From positions 7,488,001-7,552,000 of the forward strand of contig CAVUSO010000001.1 of assembly GCA_963744145.1 (NCBI GenBank): a stretch of 64,000 bases of DNA, read 5' to 3'. The notes under the pieces are model-generated. The model worked only from the letters and a program-made list of their open reading frames with translations, was not told the origin of the DNA and made no database searches. This stretch comes from an uncultured cyanobacterium. Lineage in GTDB: Bacteria > Cyanobacteriota > Cyanobacteriia > Cyanobacteriales > CAWUOF01. Numbering within the stretch: the stretch's first letter is position 1; every line of letters begins with the position of its first letter. The translations under genes and the position numbers were made by a program. Shown here piece after piece: positions 40,505-51,350 of the stretch.

Positions 40505-42196
40505 GTGCTGAGGTTAATGAAGCAACGCTCTTTTTTCTATTTTCTAGCAGCAATTATCATAGTGCTGCTTTTAGTGGGGATAGCCGGTTTTTATTGGTTA
40601 TTCACCAATAGTCCCCTGGGCTTGTCGCGGAGTGGGTCATCTAGTCCTCCTAGTGCTACGATCTTTGTGTCCAAACAAGCCCCAGCGATGGTCTCTTTAC
40701 TGATCGACCCAGAGCGATTGGTTGCATGGCAACAGGTGTTAGTTAGTCCAGAAAACCGAGAAAGATCACATATTCAATTAGATCAGCTAAAACAAAGTTT
40801 ACTAGCTAATACTAATTTAGACTATCAGCGAGATATCCAACCCTGGTTAGGTTCAGAAATTACCTTAGCGGTGACCAATCGTGATTTAGACCGTGACCCC
40901 GAAAATGGTTTCCAACCGGGCTATCTAGCAGTCGTCTCTACCCGTGATTCCTTACGGAGTCTCCAGTTTCTCGAATCTTTTTGGCAAACAAAAACTGTTT
41001 CCGGTCAAGAATTAGCATGGGAAACCTATCAAGGTGTTAAGTTAATTTATACTAAACCAGAATCGGCATTAGCTAGTGCTGTTGTTGGCGATCGCTTTAT
41101 TTTATTCGCTAATCATCCCAAGGTCTTACGTGATGCGATTAATAATGTCCAAGCTGGAGGGTTAAGCTTAAGTAGTGATCCGGCTTATCTCCAAGCCCTC
41201 AAAAACCTGAACCAAAGTAAAATTGGTTTAGTGTTTATTAATCTCTCTAATCTAGCGGATTGGATTGATCACCAGTCAGCTCCGATTACTTCGGATCTAG
41301 AAGCTCCCCAGTTATATGACAGTTTAGCGATCGCGCTGGAATTAGATCAACAGGGAATATTAGCAGAAACAGCTTTAATTGCAGCAGCTCACCACGAAAT
41401 TACCCCAACTTCCCCTGATTTATTAAAGCCAGTCCCAGCGTTACAATATCTACCAGCAAAAACGGCTTTTTCCATTGCTGGTAAAAATTTAGGTCAATTA
41501 TGGTCACAAATTTCCGGGGAAATCACGGCTGATCCTAGTCTAGCACGGTTAATCAATCCACCGCTCGTCACAGCTAAAAATAATTGGCACATTGATTTAC
41601 CCAAGGATATTTTTAACTGGGTCGGGGGAGAATATGTGGTGGGGTTATTACCACGGGTTTCAACCCCAGCGCAAATCCCCAGTTTCGACTGGATTTTTGT
41701 CACCCAAAAACCCGCTGATCTAGCACCAATTAACAGTTTAGATGCGATCGCGGTTGCGGATGGTTTTAGTGTTGGTCCTTTGACTTTGGGTAATCAAGAG
41801 ATTATCACTTGGACAAGACTAACTACAGTTTTTGATCAAGTCCAACAGGGGTTGACCGTGAAAGCTGAAGTTAAAGGTGTCCATACGACGATCGGAGATT
41901 ATGAAATCTTTACCACTTCAGTCCAAGCAATGGCTGATATTTTAGCTGCTCCAGGGACTTCTCTGTTAAATAGTCCCAAATTCCAAGAGACGATCGGTAA
42001 GTTACCTCAGCCCAATGATGGTTATGTTTATGTTGATTGGTCAGCAACTGAGCCAATTTTAGCACAACAATTTCCTGTCATCCGGCTGATTGAACTGGTT
42101 GCTAAACCTTTAATTAGTAACTGGGAATCCTTAAGTATTAGTTCCCAGGGAGCAGAATCTAGTATCCGTCATGCTAGTGCGTTTATTCATTTTTGA
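40505..42196 (+). CDS. DUF3352 domain-containing membrane-anchored protein
   Basis: N-terminal TM; FVSKQAPAMVSLL, YQRDIQPWLGSEITLAV, ILFANHPKVLRDAINN. Confidence 0.8.
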   Translation: MLRLMKQRSFFYFLAAIIIVLLLVGIAGFYWLFTNSPLGLSRSGSSSPPSATIFVSKQAPAMVSLLIDPERLVAWQQVLVSPENRERSHIQLDQLKQSLLANTNLDYQRDIQPWLGSEITLAVTNRDLDRDPENGFQPGYLAVVSTRDSLRSLQFLESFWQTKTVSGQELAWETYQGVKLIYTKPESALASAVVGDRFILFANHPKVLRDAINNVQAGGLSLSSDPAYLQALKNLNQSKIGLVFINLSNLADWIDHQSAPITSDLEAPQLYDSLAIALELDQQGILAETALIAAAHHEITPTSPDLLKPVPALQYLPAKTAFSIAGKNLGQLWSQISGEITADPSLARLINPPLVTAKNNWHIDLPKDIFNWVGGEYVVGLLPRVSTPAQIPSFDWIFVTQKPADLAPINSLDAIAVADGFSVGPLTLGNQEIITWTRLTTVFDQVQQGLTVKAEVKGVHTTIGDYEIFTTSVQAMADILAAPGTSLLNSPKFQETIGKLPQPNDGYVYVDWSATEPILAQQFPVIRLIELVAKPLISNWESLSISSQGAESSIRHASAFIHF

Positions 42197-42359
42197 AGTA
42201 GTGTCAGGTGTCAGAGAAAACCCAACTATTCTCACACCTGGCTCTCTGCTTTAAACGGAGAACTGTGGTTGGACGAAGTTAAGAATTTTTTGATGCAGTA
42301 GGAAATATTGATAATTATAGCTTAATCGTAATCAAAGCGATGTACCTAAAAAAGTGCGT

Positions 42360-42749
42360 TCATTTTCCATTTTCTGGTTGACCAAATAAATGTTCTAATA
42401 TGCGTTGGTTTTCTGTGCGAATCCCTCTAATTTCATTCATAATCACCTCAAAGTTGCGTTGATGTATTTCTACAACTTGCAACAATGAATTGACAGCAGC
42501 ACTCAGTTCAGCTTGGCTTACTTCCTGATTACGTTGATTGATTTCTACAACTTGCATCAATGAATCGATCCTAGTACCGAGTTCTGCAATTGTGGCTGAA
42601 TTGGTTTGAATTTGGGCTGAATTGGTTTGAATTTGAGCTGAATTGGCTTGAATTTGGGCTGAATTGGCTTGAATTTGGGCTGAATTGGCTTGAATTTGGG
42701 CTGAGGTTGCTTCGATCACAGCTTCTATTCTATCTAGTCTTTCTGTCAT
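42360..42749 (-). CDS. Small coiled-coil protein with heptad tandem repeats
   Basis: ERLDRIEA start, repeated AQIQ(A/T)NS, ENQRILEHLF end. Confidence 0.75.
   Translation of the reverse strand: MTERLDRIEAVIEATSAQIQANSAQIQANSAQIQANSAQIQTNSAQIQTNSATIAELGTRIDSLMQVVEINQRNQEVSQAELSAAVNSLLQVVEIHQRNFEVIMNEIRGIRTENQRILEHLFGQPENGK
42594..42704. repeat. 21-bp coding tandem repeat (about 5 copies)
   Basis: GCTGAATTGG(C/T)TTGAATTTG(G/A) units in phase. Confidence 0.9.
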
Positions 42750-42956
42750 CGGAAATATCCTTTTTTACTTATTTTCTTGCCGCTTGACTAATTGTAGCTG
42801 AAAATCCTGGCAGTGATCAGACTTTCCCTCAGCCATACATAAAAAAGAGCGATCGCTGATCTGAAATAAAAGCTGGAGTTGAAGCGATCGGGTTTTTCTC
42901 AACTATCCCAATATACTCAAAGCACAGTTTAACTAAGTTTAGCTAAGTATTTTGGG

Positions 42957-45746
42957 TCAGATATGTGGTTGTACTAAGTTTAAAATTTTTTCATCTTCAA
43001 AAGCTTCAGCTAACTCTAACAGATGATTAACAAAGGGAGTATATTTAGGATCAATTTGTCTTAATCGTTTAACTTCACTTTCGATTACAGAAATATCGCC
43101 AATTTTAGCTGCTGCATAAATTCCATTTAGTTCAAAACTCGGTGGTACAATTAAGGACGCATTAGCCGATGATTCTGAATTTTCTGATTGCTGATCTACA
43201 GCTTGTTCTTCGTAAACCCAATCAATTTTTAGATATTTTTGAATGACGATCAATAATTTTTCAATTTCAACTGGTTTTGGCAAAAAATCATCACATCCAG
43301 CTTCAATACTTTGAGCTTGATCTTCGGGTAAAACACTAGCACTAGACGCAATTACAATCAGATTTTTCCATTCTGGTATTTGTCGGAGTTGACGGGCAAA
43401 TTCAAAGCCATCTAAAATCGGCATTACCAAATCTGTAATAATTAAATTAGGCTGAAACTCTGGGATGATATTTAAAGCTTCTTCACCATGACTAGCTTCA
43501 GCAAAGATAAATCCTAAAGGAGAAAGAACTTGGACTACAACATCTCGATTAACTTCTTTATCATCTACCACTAAAATTTTGCATTGGTTGCCTTTATAAC
43601 CAATAATTCTGCGATTATCATTGATAATAGAGGATGTAGCCCATTCATCGGTATGAAGTAACTCCAGCTCAAACCAAAAGGTGCTACCTTTTCCTGGGGT
43701 ACTATTCACTTGAATCGTACTATTCATCATAGTGATAATTTTTTTAGTGATCGCTAATCCCAATCCCGTTCCTTCAGCTCGACGCAACTTATTACCCACT
43801 TGTTCAAAAGGGAGAAAAATCTTTTCAAGTTGCTCTAGTTTAATTCCCACTCCCGTATCTTTAACTTCAAATCTAACTTTGGATGTGGTGGGAGTTTGGC
43901 TGATTAAATCAATTGTAAAAGTAACGTTACCTCGATCGGTAAATTTGATACTATTACTTAATAGGTTAATCAGAACTTGACGTAAACGTTTATCATCAAT
44001 CCTCACACCCACAGGTAAACGAGAATCCATCAAGTAATAAAAATTAATATTTTTTTGTTCAGCCCGAACCCTGGATATTTCAATAATTGCTGATAAAAAA
44101 GAAGGGAAATGGAAATCTTTCGGATAAAGTTCCATTTTCTGAGCTTCGATTTTGGAAATATCCAGAATATCATTGATCAGATTCAATAAATGAGTACCAC
44201 ATTGGAAAATAGTGCTAATATTCTTGCGATGTACATTCAAGTCAGGAGCTCGTTGTAAAATTTGGGCATAACCCAGAATCCCATTTAGTGGTGTTCTCAA
44301 TTCATGACTCATATTAGCCAAAAATTCGCTTTTTGAATGATTGGCAACTTCAGCTGCTTCTTTAGCTAAATATAAGGATTCATCGGCTTTTTTGCGATCG
44401 CTAATATCTGTAATTACACCATAGAAAATTGTTTCCCCTTTGTCATTAATTACTGGAGTAGCATCACCTTGCCACCAAATTAGTTCTCCATTTAATTTGA
44501 GGATACGTCCTTCATAGTGCCAAGGTTTAAGATTTTCGATCGCCGACTGAAGTGACAGTAAATAGCTTTCTTGATCATCGGGATATAAAGTAGAAATAAA
44601 CTTATTCATGTCTTGGATAATTTCCGACGCACTAATCCCAGTTAGATCAATAATGCGATCGCTAATATAGTCAATTTTCCAAACACCATTTTGACTCGTA
44701 CCTTGATAAATCACACCAGGAATTTGTGCGGCGATCGCCCGAAATCTTTCTTCACTTTTCTGCAAAGATGCAGTCCGTTGTTCGATTTGTTGTTCTAACC
44801 CTTCATTAGCTTTTTTCAGATTAGCCTGAGCTTCTTGATTTTCATGAATAATCGCAGATAAAACTAAAGTGCTAACCGTAATCACCACTACAAAAGATTG
44901 CAATAGTAATAAAGATTCATTCAAATTCGATCGGACAAATGGTCCATATCCTTGAGCTGTACCAACCACAGAGACGATCGATACAAATACAATTAATAAT
45001 GTTACCAGTTGCTGTTCAAACCGAAAAGCTGCCCACATTAACAGCGGAATGAACACATATATAACTGGATACCCATCACCGAACACGATCCGACTGACAA
45101 AAATAGTTAGTGTCACTAATAGAGCGAGTTCAAGCAATTGGTGACGATGCAATTTCGACCAAACCTGATTACCAGCAAATAATAACGGTGTAAATACAAT
45201 AATCCCTGCCATATCTCCTGTCCACCAACTCCACCAAGTTATGGTATAATTATTAACAGCAGTTTCACCATTTAACCACAGAGTTGTTACACCAATAGTT
45301 GCAGATAATGATGGGCTAATCAAAGCACCTAATGCTACAAATTTAAAAAAATCCTGGGCTCTTTTGAGCCAATTAGCTTGACCAATAAACCGCTCAATCA
45401 GAACTGCTCCGAGCAGAGATTCTAAGGTATCAGCGACACCAACACTAGCAGCACTTAAGCAAGTAATCAGTCCGATTTGATCAGTATGAATTACTAGCTG
45501 TTCTAAAAAAGTGCCTAGCCAAATCCCAGGTGCAACACCATATCCTAATAACAAAATCGCTGCCAAATCAATTCCAGCTACGGGCCAAATTGCTGATGCT
45601 GAACCAGACAATGTAGCAACATACAAAGATATTTTACCAATCTGAAAATGAATCAGGGCAATTATGACTATTGCCATGATCTTCAACCGGTTAGAACTAA
45701 GGATAGTGGGATTGATCATCTCTAATTTCCTGGTGATTAAAGCCAA
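42957..45746 (-). CDS. Hybrid sensor histidine kinase (MASE1-PAS-HisKA-HATPase-REC)
   Basis: IWPVAGI/WW.GD MASE1; FLANMSHELRTPLN; GTGLGLAI; ILVVDD..DLVMP. Confidence 0.92.
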   Translation of the reverse strand: MALITRKLEMINPTILSSNRLKIMAIVIIALIHFQIGKISLYVATLSGSASAIWPVAGIDLAAILLLGYGVAPGIWLGTFLEQLVIHTDQIGLITCLSAASVGVADTLESLLGAVLIERFIGQANWLKRAQDFFKFVALGALISPSLSATIGVTTLWLNGETAVNNYTITWWSWWTGDMAGIIVFTPLLFAGNQVWSKLHRHQLLELALLVTLTIFVSRIVFGDGYPVIYVFIPLLMWAAFRFEQQLVTLLIVFVSIVSVVGTAQGYGPFVRSNLNESLLLLQSFVVVITVSTLVLSAIIHENQEAQANLKKANEGLEQQIEQRTASLQKSEERFRAIAAQIPGVIYQGTSQNGVWKIDYISDRIIDLTGISASEIIQDMNKFISTLYPDDQESYLLSLQSAIENLKPWHYEGRILKLNGELIWWQGDATPVINDKGETIFYGVITDISDRKKADESLYLAKEAAEVANHSKSEFLANMSHELRTPLNGILGYAQILQRAPDLNVHRKNISTIFQCGTHLLNLINDILDISKIEAQKMELYPKDFHFPSFLSAIIEISRVRAEQKNINFYYLMDSRLPVGVRIDDKRLRQVLINLLSNSIKFTDRGNVTFTIDLISQTPTTSKVRFEVKDTGVGIKLEQLEKIFLPFEQVGNKLRRAEGTGLGLAITKKIITMMNSTIQVNSTPGKGSTFWFELELLHTDEWATSSIINDNRRIIGYKGNQCKILVVDDKEVNRDVVVQVLSPLGFIFAEASHGEEALNIIPEFQPNLIITDLVMPILDGFEFARQLRQIPEWKNLIVIASSASVLPEDQAQSIEAGCDDFLPKPVEIEKLLIVIQKYLKIDWVYEEQAVDQQSENSESSANASLIVPPSFELNGIYAAAKIGDISVIESEVKRLRQIDPKYTPFVNHLLELAEAFEDEKILNLVQPHI

Positions 45747-45755
45747 TTTTATCGA

Positions 45756-46210
45756 TCATGATTCAGCTCCATATACTTCGAGCAAATTTAATATTTTTTC
45801 ATCCTCAAATTGTTGGGCTAAATTTAATATTTCATCGGCAAAATTAGGATATTTTTTTACCATCCTTAGTAATTGTGAATGGTTATTCTCGACCAGAATT
45901 GGCAATAGAAACGACCTTGATCTACTAAATCTCGCGGATTTAGTAATCCTGATTCGATCGCATTAGTGTTGATAGTAGCTAATTTTTTTGGAATTTCTAG
46001 GTAACTATCTAGGTGCTGATCTATGCGTGATTCTACTTCTTTTTGTAATCTTTTGATCAGATTATTAACGGCTTTCTGTCCGTTGCGAAATGACAGCCAA
46101 CCAACTAAACCCGTAGAGATGAAAACAGGAAAAATAAAGAGTAAAATTAGAATCGTGCGAAGCTGCAAATTTTTGAGGAACTTGTGCCACTGAAAAAGTT
46201 TTCTAATCAT
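45756..46210 (-). pseudogene. Internally deleted Cache-type hybrid histidine kinase remnant
   Basis: N-terminal TM + GLVGWLSFRNGQKAVN (Cache-kinase start), joined out of frame to a tail KKYPNFADEILNLAQQFEDEKILNLLEVYGAES* homologous to the neighbouring kinase's C-terminus. Confidence 0.75.
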
Positions 46211-46291
46211 AAATTTTTACGCTGAGTTAAACTGGATAAAGTTCATAGCTAGTGATGTATGATTAATTAGATTGAACATTTTTCAAGGCAA

Positions 46292-47593
46292 TTAAAAGGT
46301 AATAAAAAATTCTGTCCCTTGCCCGGGGATAGAATTACAACCAAGTTTACCACCATGATTATCTTGAATAATCTGACGGGAAATTGATAACCCTATTCCT
46401 GTTCCCTTACCTACTCCTTTAGTCGTAAATAAATAATCAAATATTTTTTCTTTCACTACTGGGTCAATCCCAATCCCATTATCTTGAATTCTCACAGTCG
46501 CTTTTTTTTCATCTGCTGCATACTCAGTGATAATGGTAATTTGATTGACAAAGCTGTCCGAATTACTCCGTTTCCCGTGAGATTCTTCTAGAGCATCGAT
46601 CGCATTGGCAATTAAATTCATAAATACCTGGTTAATTTGACCGGGATAACAATCTATTTCTGGGAGATTGCCATATTTTTTCACTACTTCGATCGCCGGA
46701 CGTTTGTCACTAGCTTTCAGTCGATGTTTCAGAATTAATAAGGTGCTATCGATTCCTTCATGGATATTAAATCGGACTTTACTACTCACATCTGCCCGAG
46801 AAAAAACTCGCATGGATTGGATAATTTCGGCAATCCGCTTTGTTCCTTCTTTCATAGAATCAATTAATTGCGGAAAATCTTCGATGATATAATTCAGTTC
46901 AATATTGTTAATTTCCTCACTAATTTCCGGAACTGGATCAGGATATTTATCTTGATAAAGTTGGACTAAATTGATCAAATCTTCTGCATATTGAGCCGTA
47001 TGTTGTAAATTGCCGGCCACAAAACCTACCGGATTATTAATTTCATGGGTAATTCCCGCTAAAAGTTGACCTAATGATGACATTTTTTCACTCAGAATGA
47101 GCTGAGATTGAGCTTTTTCTAGTTCAGCTGTTCGTTCTTGAACTTTCTCTTCTAAAGAATTATTTAATTGACTGAGTTCGCGATTTTTTTCGGCTAACTC
47201 TTTGGTTAAAGTCCTAATTTTCAAATGTAAATGAATTCGAGCTAATACTTCTTCCTGTTGAAAAGGTTTAGTAATATAGTCTACTGCCCCTAAAACTAGA
47301 CCTTTGACTTTATTATCTGTATCTGCTAGAGCGGTCATAAAAATAATTGGAATTTCGTGATTCTTAGGATCTTCCTTAATGCGACGACAAGTTTCAAATC
47401 CATCGATCCCGGGCATCATTACATCTAGCAAAATTAGATCAGGAGTAATTTCTGCGAGCTTAGTTAGGGCATTTTCCCCATCTTTGGCAACTAAAACCCT
47501 AAATCCCGATTCTTTGAGAAAATCAAACAGAACTTTTATATTGGTAGGAGTGTCATCGACGATCAGTAGTGTATGTTGTTCAGCGTTTATCAT
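46292..47593 (-). CDS. Response regulator-histidine kinase hybrid (REC-HisKA-HATPase)
   Basis: LIVDD, LLDVMMP; AGITHEINNP; NQVFMNLIANAIDA; GTGIGLSIS. Confidence 0.92.
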   Translation of the reverse strand: MINAEQHTLLIVDDTPTNIKVLFDFLKESGFRVLVAKDGENALTKLAEITPDLILLDVMMPGIDGFETCRRIKEDPKNHEIPIIFMTALADTDNKVKGLVLGAVDYITKPFQQEEVLARIHLHLKIRTLTKELAEKNRELSQLNNSLEEKVQERTAELEKAQSQLILSEKMSSLGQLLAGITHEINNPVGFVAGNLQHTAQYAEDLINLVQLYQDKYPDPVPEISEEINNIELNYIIEDFPQLIDSMKEGTKRIAEIIQSMRVFSRADVSSKVRFNIHEGIDSTLLILKHRLKASDKRPAIEVVKKYGNLPEIDCYPGQINQVFMNLIANAIDALEESHGKRSNSDSFVNQITIITEYAADEKKATVRIQDNGIGIDPVVKEKIFDYLFTTKGVGKGTGIGLSISRQIIQDNHGGKLGCNSIPGQGTEFFITF

Positions 47594-49479
47594 GGCTTTT
47601 TATTGATCATGGGGAAATATTTAGCTAAAAATTGAGTTGCGGCTTCGCTCGATAGGGGATGAGAAAATAAATATCCTTGACCAAATTCACATCCTAATTG
47701 TTTCAGCTTTTCTAGTTGTGCTTGAGTTTCTATTCCCTCCGCTACCGCATCCATTTGTAAATTTTTTGCCAGTGAAATAATGGTCGAAACAATAGGCACA
47801 CCCCCTACTGTAGAGTCTAACATACTAATAAAAGAACGGTCAACTTTTATAGTTTTTACCGGAAATGTGTGGAGACGACTTAAAGAAGAATATCCCGTGC
47901 CAAAGTCATCAATACAAAGTTGGATTCCCAGGGCTTGAATATCTTCTAAAATTTGCATAGTGGTTTTCCCTGTGTCTAAAAAAGCACTTTCAGTAATTTC
48001 TAACTTTAATAATGCCGGAGATAAATTCGTTTGGGAATAAATTAATTTTATTTGTTCGGCGGCATCTTGATGCTGGAGTTGTTGAGCTGAAAAATTAACA
48101 TTCATCACTAAGGGAAAATCAATTCTAAATTGTTTTGTCCATAATTCTAACTGTTGACAAGCTAATTTTAATGCGAATAAATCTATATATTGAATTAATT
48201 CAATCTCTTCAGCGATCGTAATAAATTTTCCTGGTAATAGAAAGCCTCGCTGGGGATGTTGCCAACGAATTAAAGCTTCAAAGCCAATCGGATGTTCAGT
48301 TTTTAGGGAGAAAATCGGTTGGTAATAAAGACAAAACTCTTCTTTTTCTAAACCTTGAATCAATTCAGTTTCTAATTGCATCCGCTCTAAAGCTTGAGAT
48401 TGGATTTCCGGAGTGAGGATAGCATAACAGCCTTTCCCAGCTTTTTTCGCTTGATACATGACTATGTCCGCATCCCTCAAAATTGTAGTTGGTTCTTCAT
48501 AGTCTGTAATCGATTTGATTACCCCAATACTGGCATTAACTACTAGTTGATAATTGCCAATTTTAAATGGTTGTTGCAACTGGGCTAAGATAAAATCAGC
48601 CATCATTTCAATGGTTGTAGTCTGTTGGTCTATTGCTAGTAAAATTAAAAATTCATCACCTCCTAATCGGGCGATTTTTCCTTGGGCACCTATGCAAATT
48701 TGCAGTCGCTCACTTACCCATCTCAGCAGTTGATCCCCGACTAAATGTCCCAAGCGATCGTTGATACTTTTAAATCCATCTAAATCCAAAAATAAAACTG
48801 TATGATTGCGCTCTGGATTATTTTTAGCTGTGCTTAAAATTTCGACTAAATACTCCATCAACCAGGCTCGATTAAATAAACCTGTAAGTAAATCGTGAGA
48901 AGCATCATAGCTCAGTTTTTCTTCTCGAATTTGTAACTCTCTCAACGCATTTTCTAGCTCTTGGGTTCGATAAATGACTCGTTTTTCTAGTTCCTGATTT
49001 AATTTGTGTAAATTAACTTCAGCCGCTTTCCTTGCCGTTATTTCTTGACTTAAATGCAGGTTCTTTTCTTGCAGAGTTACTGTCAAAGAACGTAATCTGA
49101 GGTGTAACCGCACCCGACTTAGTAATTCTTCTTGTTGAATTGGTTTGGTAATATAATCTACAGCTCCTAAAGCCAGACCTTGGACTTTATCTGCCACTTC
49201 TGAGAGAGCTGTCATAAAAATTACCGGAATTTCTTGAGTAGCTGGGTTGTTCTTCAAACGACGACAGACTTCAAATCCGTCAATCACTGGCATCATTATA
49301 TCTAAAAGAATTAAATCCGGAACAACTTTTTCTAACTTTCTCAAAGCATCTTGGCCGTTTGCTGCCACCAAAACTCGGAAATCTGATTCTTTTAAAAAGT
49401 TAAATATAACTCTGAGATTATTTCGATTATCGTCAACAATTAAAATTAGCGATGGGTGGTCGATTTCCATTAACTTCAC
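47590..49479 (-). CDS. REC-GGDEF-EAL c-di-GMP response regulator
   Basis: REC domain; HDLLTGL, RLGGDEF; FEALIRW, DDFGTGYSSL intact; overlaps the next gene by 4 nt. Confidence 0.93.
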   Translation of the reverse strand: MKLMEIDHPSLILIVDDNRNNLRVIFNFLKESDFRVLVAANGQDALRKLEKVVPDLILLDIMMPVIDGFEVCRRLKNNPATQEIPVIFMTALSEVADKVQGLALGAVDYITKPIQQEELLSRVRLHLRLRSLTVTLQEKNLHLSQEITARKAAEVNLHKLNQELEKRVIYRTQELENALRELQIREEKLSYDASHDLLTGLFNRAWLMEYLVEILSTAKNNPERNHTVLFLDLDGFKSINDRLGHLVGDQLLRWVSERLQICIGAQGKIARLGGDEFLILLAIDQQTTTIEMMADFILAQLQQPFKIGNYQLVVNASIGVIKSITDYEEPTTILRDADIVMYQAKKAGKGCYAILTPEIQSQALERMQLETELIQGLEKEEFCLYYQPIFSLKTEHPIGFEALIRWQHPQRGFLLPGKFITIAEEIELIQYIDLFALKLACQQLELWTKQFRIDFPLVMNVNFSAQQLQHQDAAEQIKLIYSQTNLSPALLKLEITESAFLDTGKTTMQILEDIQALGIQLCIDDFGTGYSSLSRLHTFPVKTIKVDRSFISMLDSTVGGVPIVSTIISLAKNLQMDAVAEGIETQAQLEKLKQLGCEFGQGYLFSHPLSSEAATQFLAKYFPMINKKP

Positions 49480-49795
49480 GCTGAAATTTTGCGAAAACTT
49501 TTGGTTACATTTCTCGCCCCTTAACTAAAATCTTAGCTTTTTAAATAAGTTTTAGTTATGAAATTTGTCTGATCACATATATTTAGATAATAACAGTTGC
49601 TCGGCTTCATTGGGGTCATCTGACTAGAGAATTGGTTTTAAGTAATAGTTTAAACTTAACTCTAGCCTTGTCAAGTTAAGAAAAGGTCAAGAACCTAATT
49701 GGGACTAAAGGTTAAACATGGCTTAATTACTAAAGCTGTAATTTGACTAATAGTCAGGTAAATTTGAAAAGGCTAAATTTACCGACATCAAGCTT

Positions 49796-50119
49796 ATGAA
49801 TAGTGGGACAGAGTCGAGAGCAAACAACCTACAGGCTGAAATGAGCCAACTTACGGATCGGATTCGGACTTTAGCTGAAAATTGCCAAGGGAATTCTCTG
49901 GAGATTTTGGCATTGTTGCGACTTTTGGAACAGCAACATCGTCAAATTCGGGAAGGGATGTTTCAAAAATCTTTACCAAATAGTCGTCACCACCTTTATA
50001 CTTTGCTGCGCGATATTGAAGAGGAAGGAGGATGGCCTTATATTGAACGGATGAAGTTGCGATCGCTCCTAGAAAACTTCTTATCAGAATCAAATCATGT
50101 TTCCCATCCGGATGGGTGA
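49796..50119 (+). CDS. Conserved cyanobacterial hypothetical protein
   Basis: LLRLLE..HR.IRE..F..SLP..RH.LY.LLRDIEE.GGWPYIERM motif. Confidence 0.8.
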   Translation: MNSGTESRANNLQAEMSQLTDRIRTLAENCQGNSLEILALLRLLEQQHRQIREGMFQKSLPNSRHHLYTLLRDIEEEGGWPYIERMKLRSLLENFLSESNHVSHPDG

Positions 50120-50301
50120 GCTTTGTGGGTCATAGTCTTGGTCAGGATCATCTCAACTTCCCGATCGGATTGGGATGATGCTGACGTCACTAATTTTCGG
50201 ATTATTTTGGGCGAGAATTTAATCGATAATTCTCCTGAGAATAAAATCCCTTCTCCTATTTTTAGCAACGCCAGTAAACCATTGGATCTTAGACATCATG
50301 G

Positions 50302-51144
50302 CTAAATCGATACAAAATCCTGCTGTTGAACCGCAGAAGTAGGAACATTTTTCAAAATTCCAATTACCCTACCAGTGCTAGTCAGGGTAATCACTGTATC
50401 TGTGGGATTTGCAGGATCATTGCTTGCCTGGATCGATAAACTACTAAAAGCTAGACCACCACTTAAACCGAGGAAATCCTCTGTATGGTTAAAATCAGTA
50501 ATTACCTGAACTGCACCTGGACGGGAATCAAGGACAAAGGTATCAGAACCAGCACCACCAGTCAGAGTATTTGTGCCTAAGTCACCAAAGAGCAGATCAT
50601 TGCCATTACCGCCATTGAGCATATCATCTCCTTGACCACCATGAAGGGTATCATTCCCATCACCACCTAACAAGGTGTCATTCCCTTTACCACCATAGAG
50701 CAAGTCATCCCCTAAATCGCCCGATAAGAGGTCACTACCAGCCCCTCCAAACAAAGTGTCATTACCTTGACCACCAAACAGGCTATTATTCCCTGGACCG
50801 CCGCTATAGAGGATGTCATTGCCTTGGTTACCATAGAGGATGTTATTGCCGGGTCCTCCGAACAAAGTATCATTACCTTGACCACCAAACAGGGTATTAT
50901 TCCCACCACCGCCATAGAGGATGTCATTCCCTTGGTTACCATAGAGGATGTTATCCCCTAAATCTCCGAACAGGATGTCATTACCTAGACCCCCAAACAG
51001 GATGTCATTCCCTTGACCACCATATATAGTGTCATTTCCATCTAACCCATATATGGTGTCATTGCCTTGAAAACCAAGGATTGAATCATCCTGAAGAGTA
51101 CCGTAAAGTAAGTTATTGTTATTATCTCCTAGTATGGTTGCCAT
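50302..51144 (-). CDS. RTX-type (hemolysin-like) calcium-binding protein
   Basis: Many GGxGND nonapeptide repeats; C-terminal DTFVL..ITDF. Confidence 0.92.
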   Translation of the reverse strand: MATILGDNNNNLLYGTLQDDSILGFQGNDTIYGLDGNDTIYGGQGNDILFGGLGNDILFGDLGDNILYGNQGNDILYGGGGNNTLFGGQGNDTLFGGPGNNILYGNQGNDILYSGGPGNNSLFGGQGNDTLFGGAGSDLLSGDLGDDLLYGGKGNDTLLGGDGNDTLHGGQGDDMLNGGNGNDLLFGDLGTNTLTGGAGSDTFVLDSRPGAVQVITDFNHTEDFLGLSGGLAFSSLSIQASNDPANPTDTVITLTSTGRVIGILKNVPTSAVQQQDFVSI

Positions 51145-51350
51145 TTGGGTTTAATTACTCCTTAAAAACAAAAAAATTACCATCATGTTGTTACACTCTA
51201 ATTGACCAAACTTAATCTTAGTCAGACATTGGTGAGTTTTTTCTCAAGTATATATACCTCTAATTTTCATAAAAAAGTCTAATCAATCCCAGCCTAGATC
51301 AAGATAAACTCTCAAACATTGGCTTTACCAATACAAACAAGGCAGATCTT

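Noticed and set aside
50600..51070. Nucleotide tandem repeats in the RTX gene, and in the TPR gene at about 62190-62720
   Set aside because: They are explained by ordinary protein repeats (GGxGND nonapeptides and TPR units)
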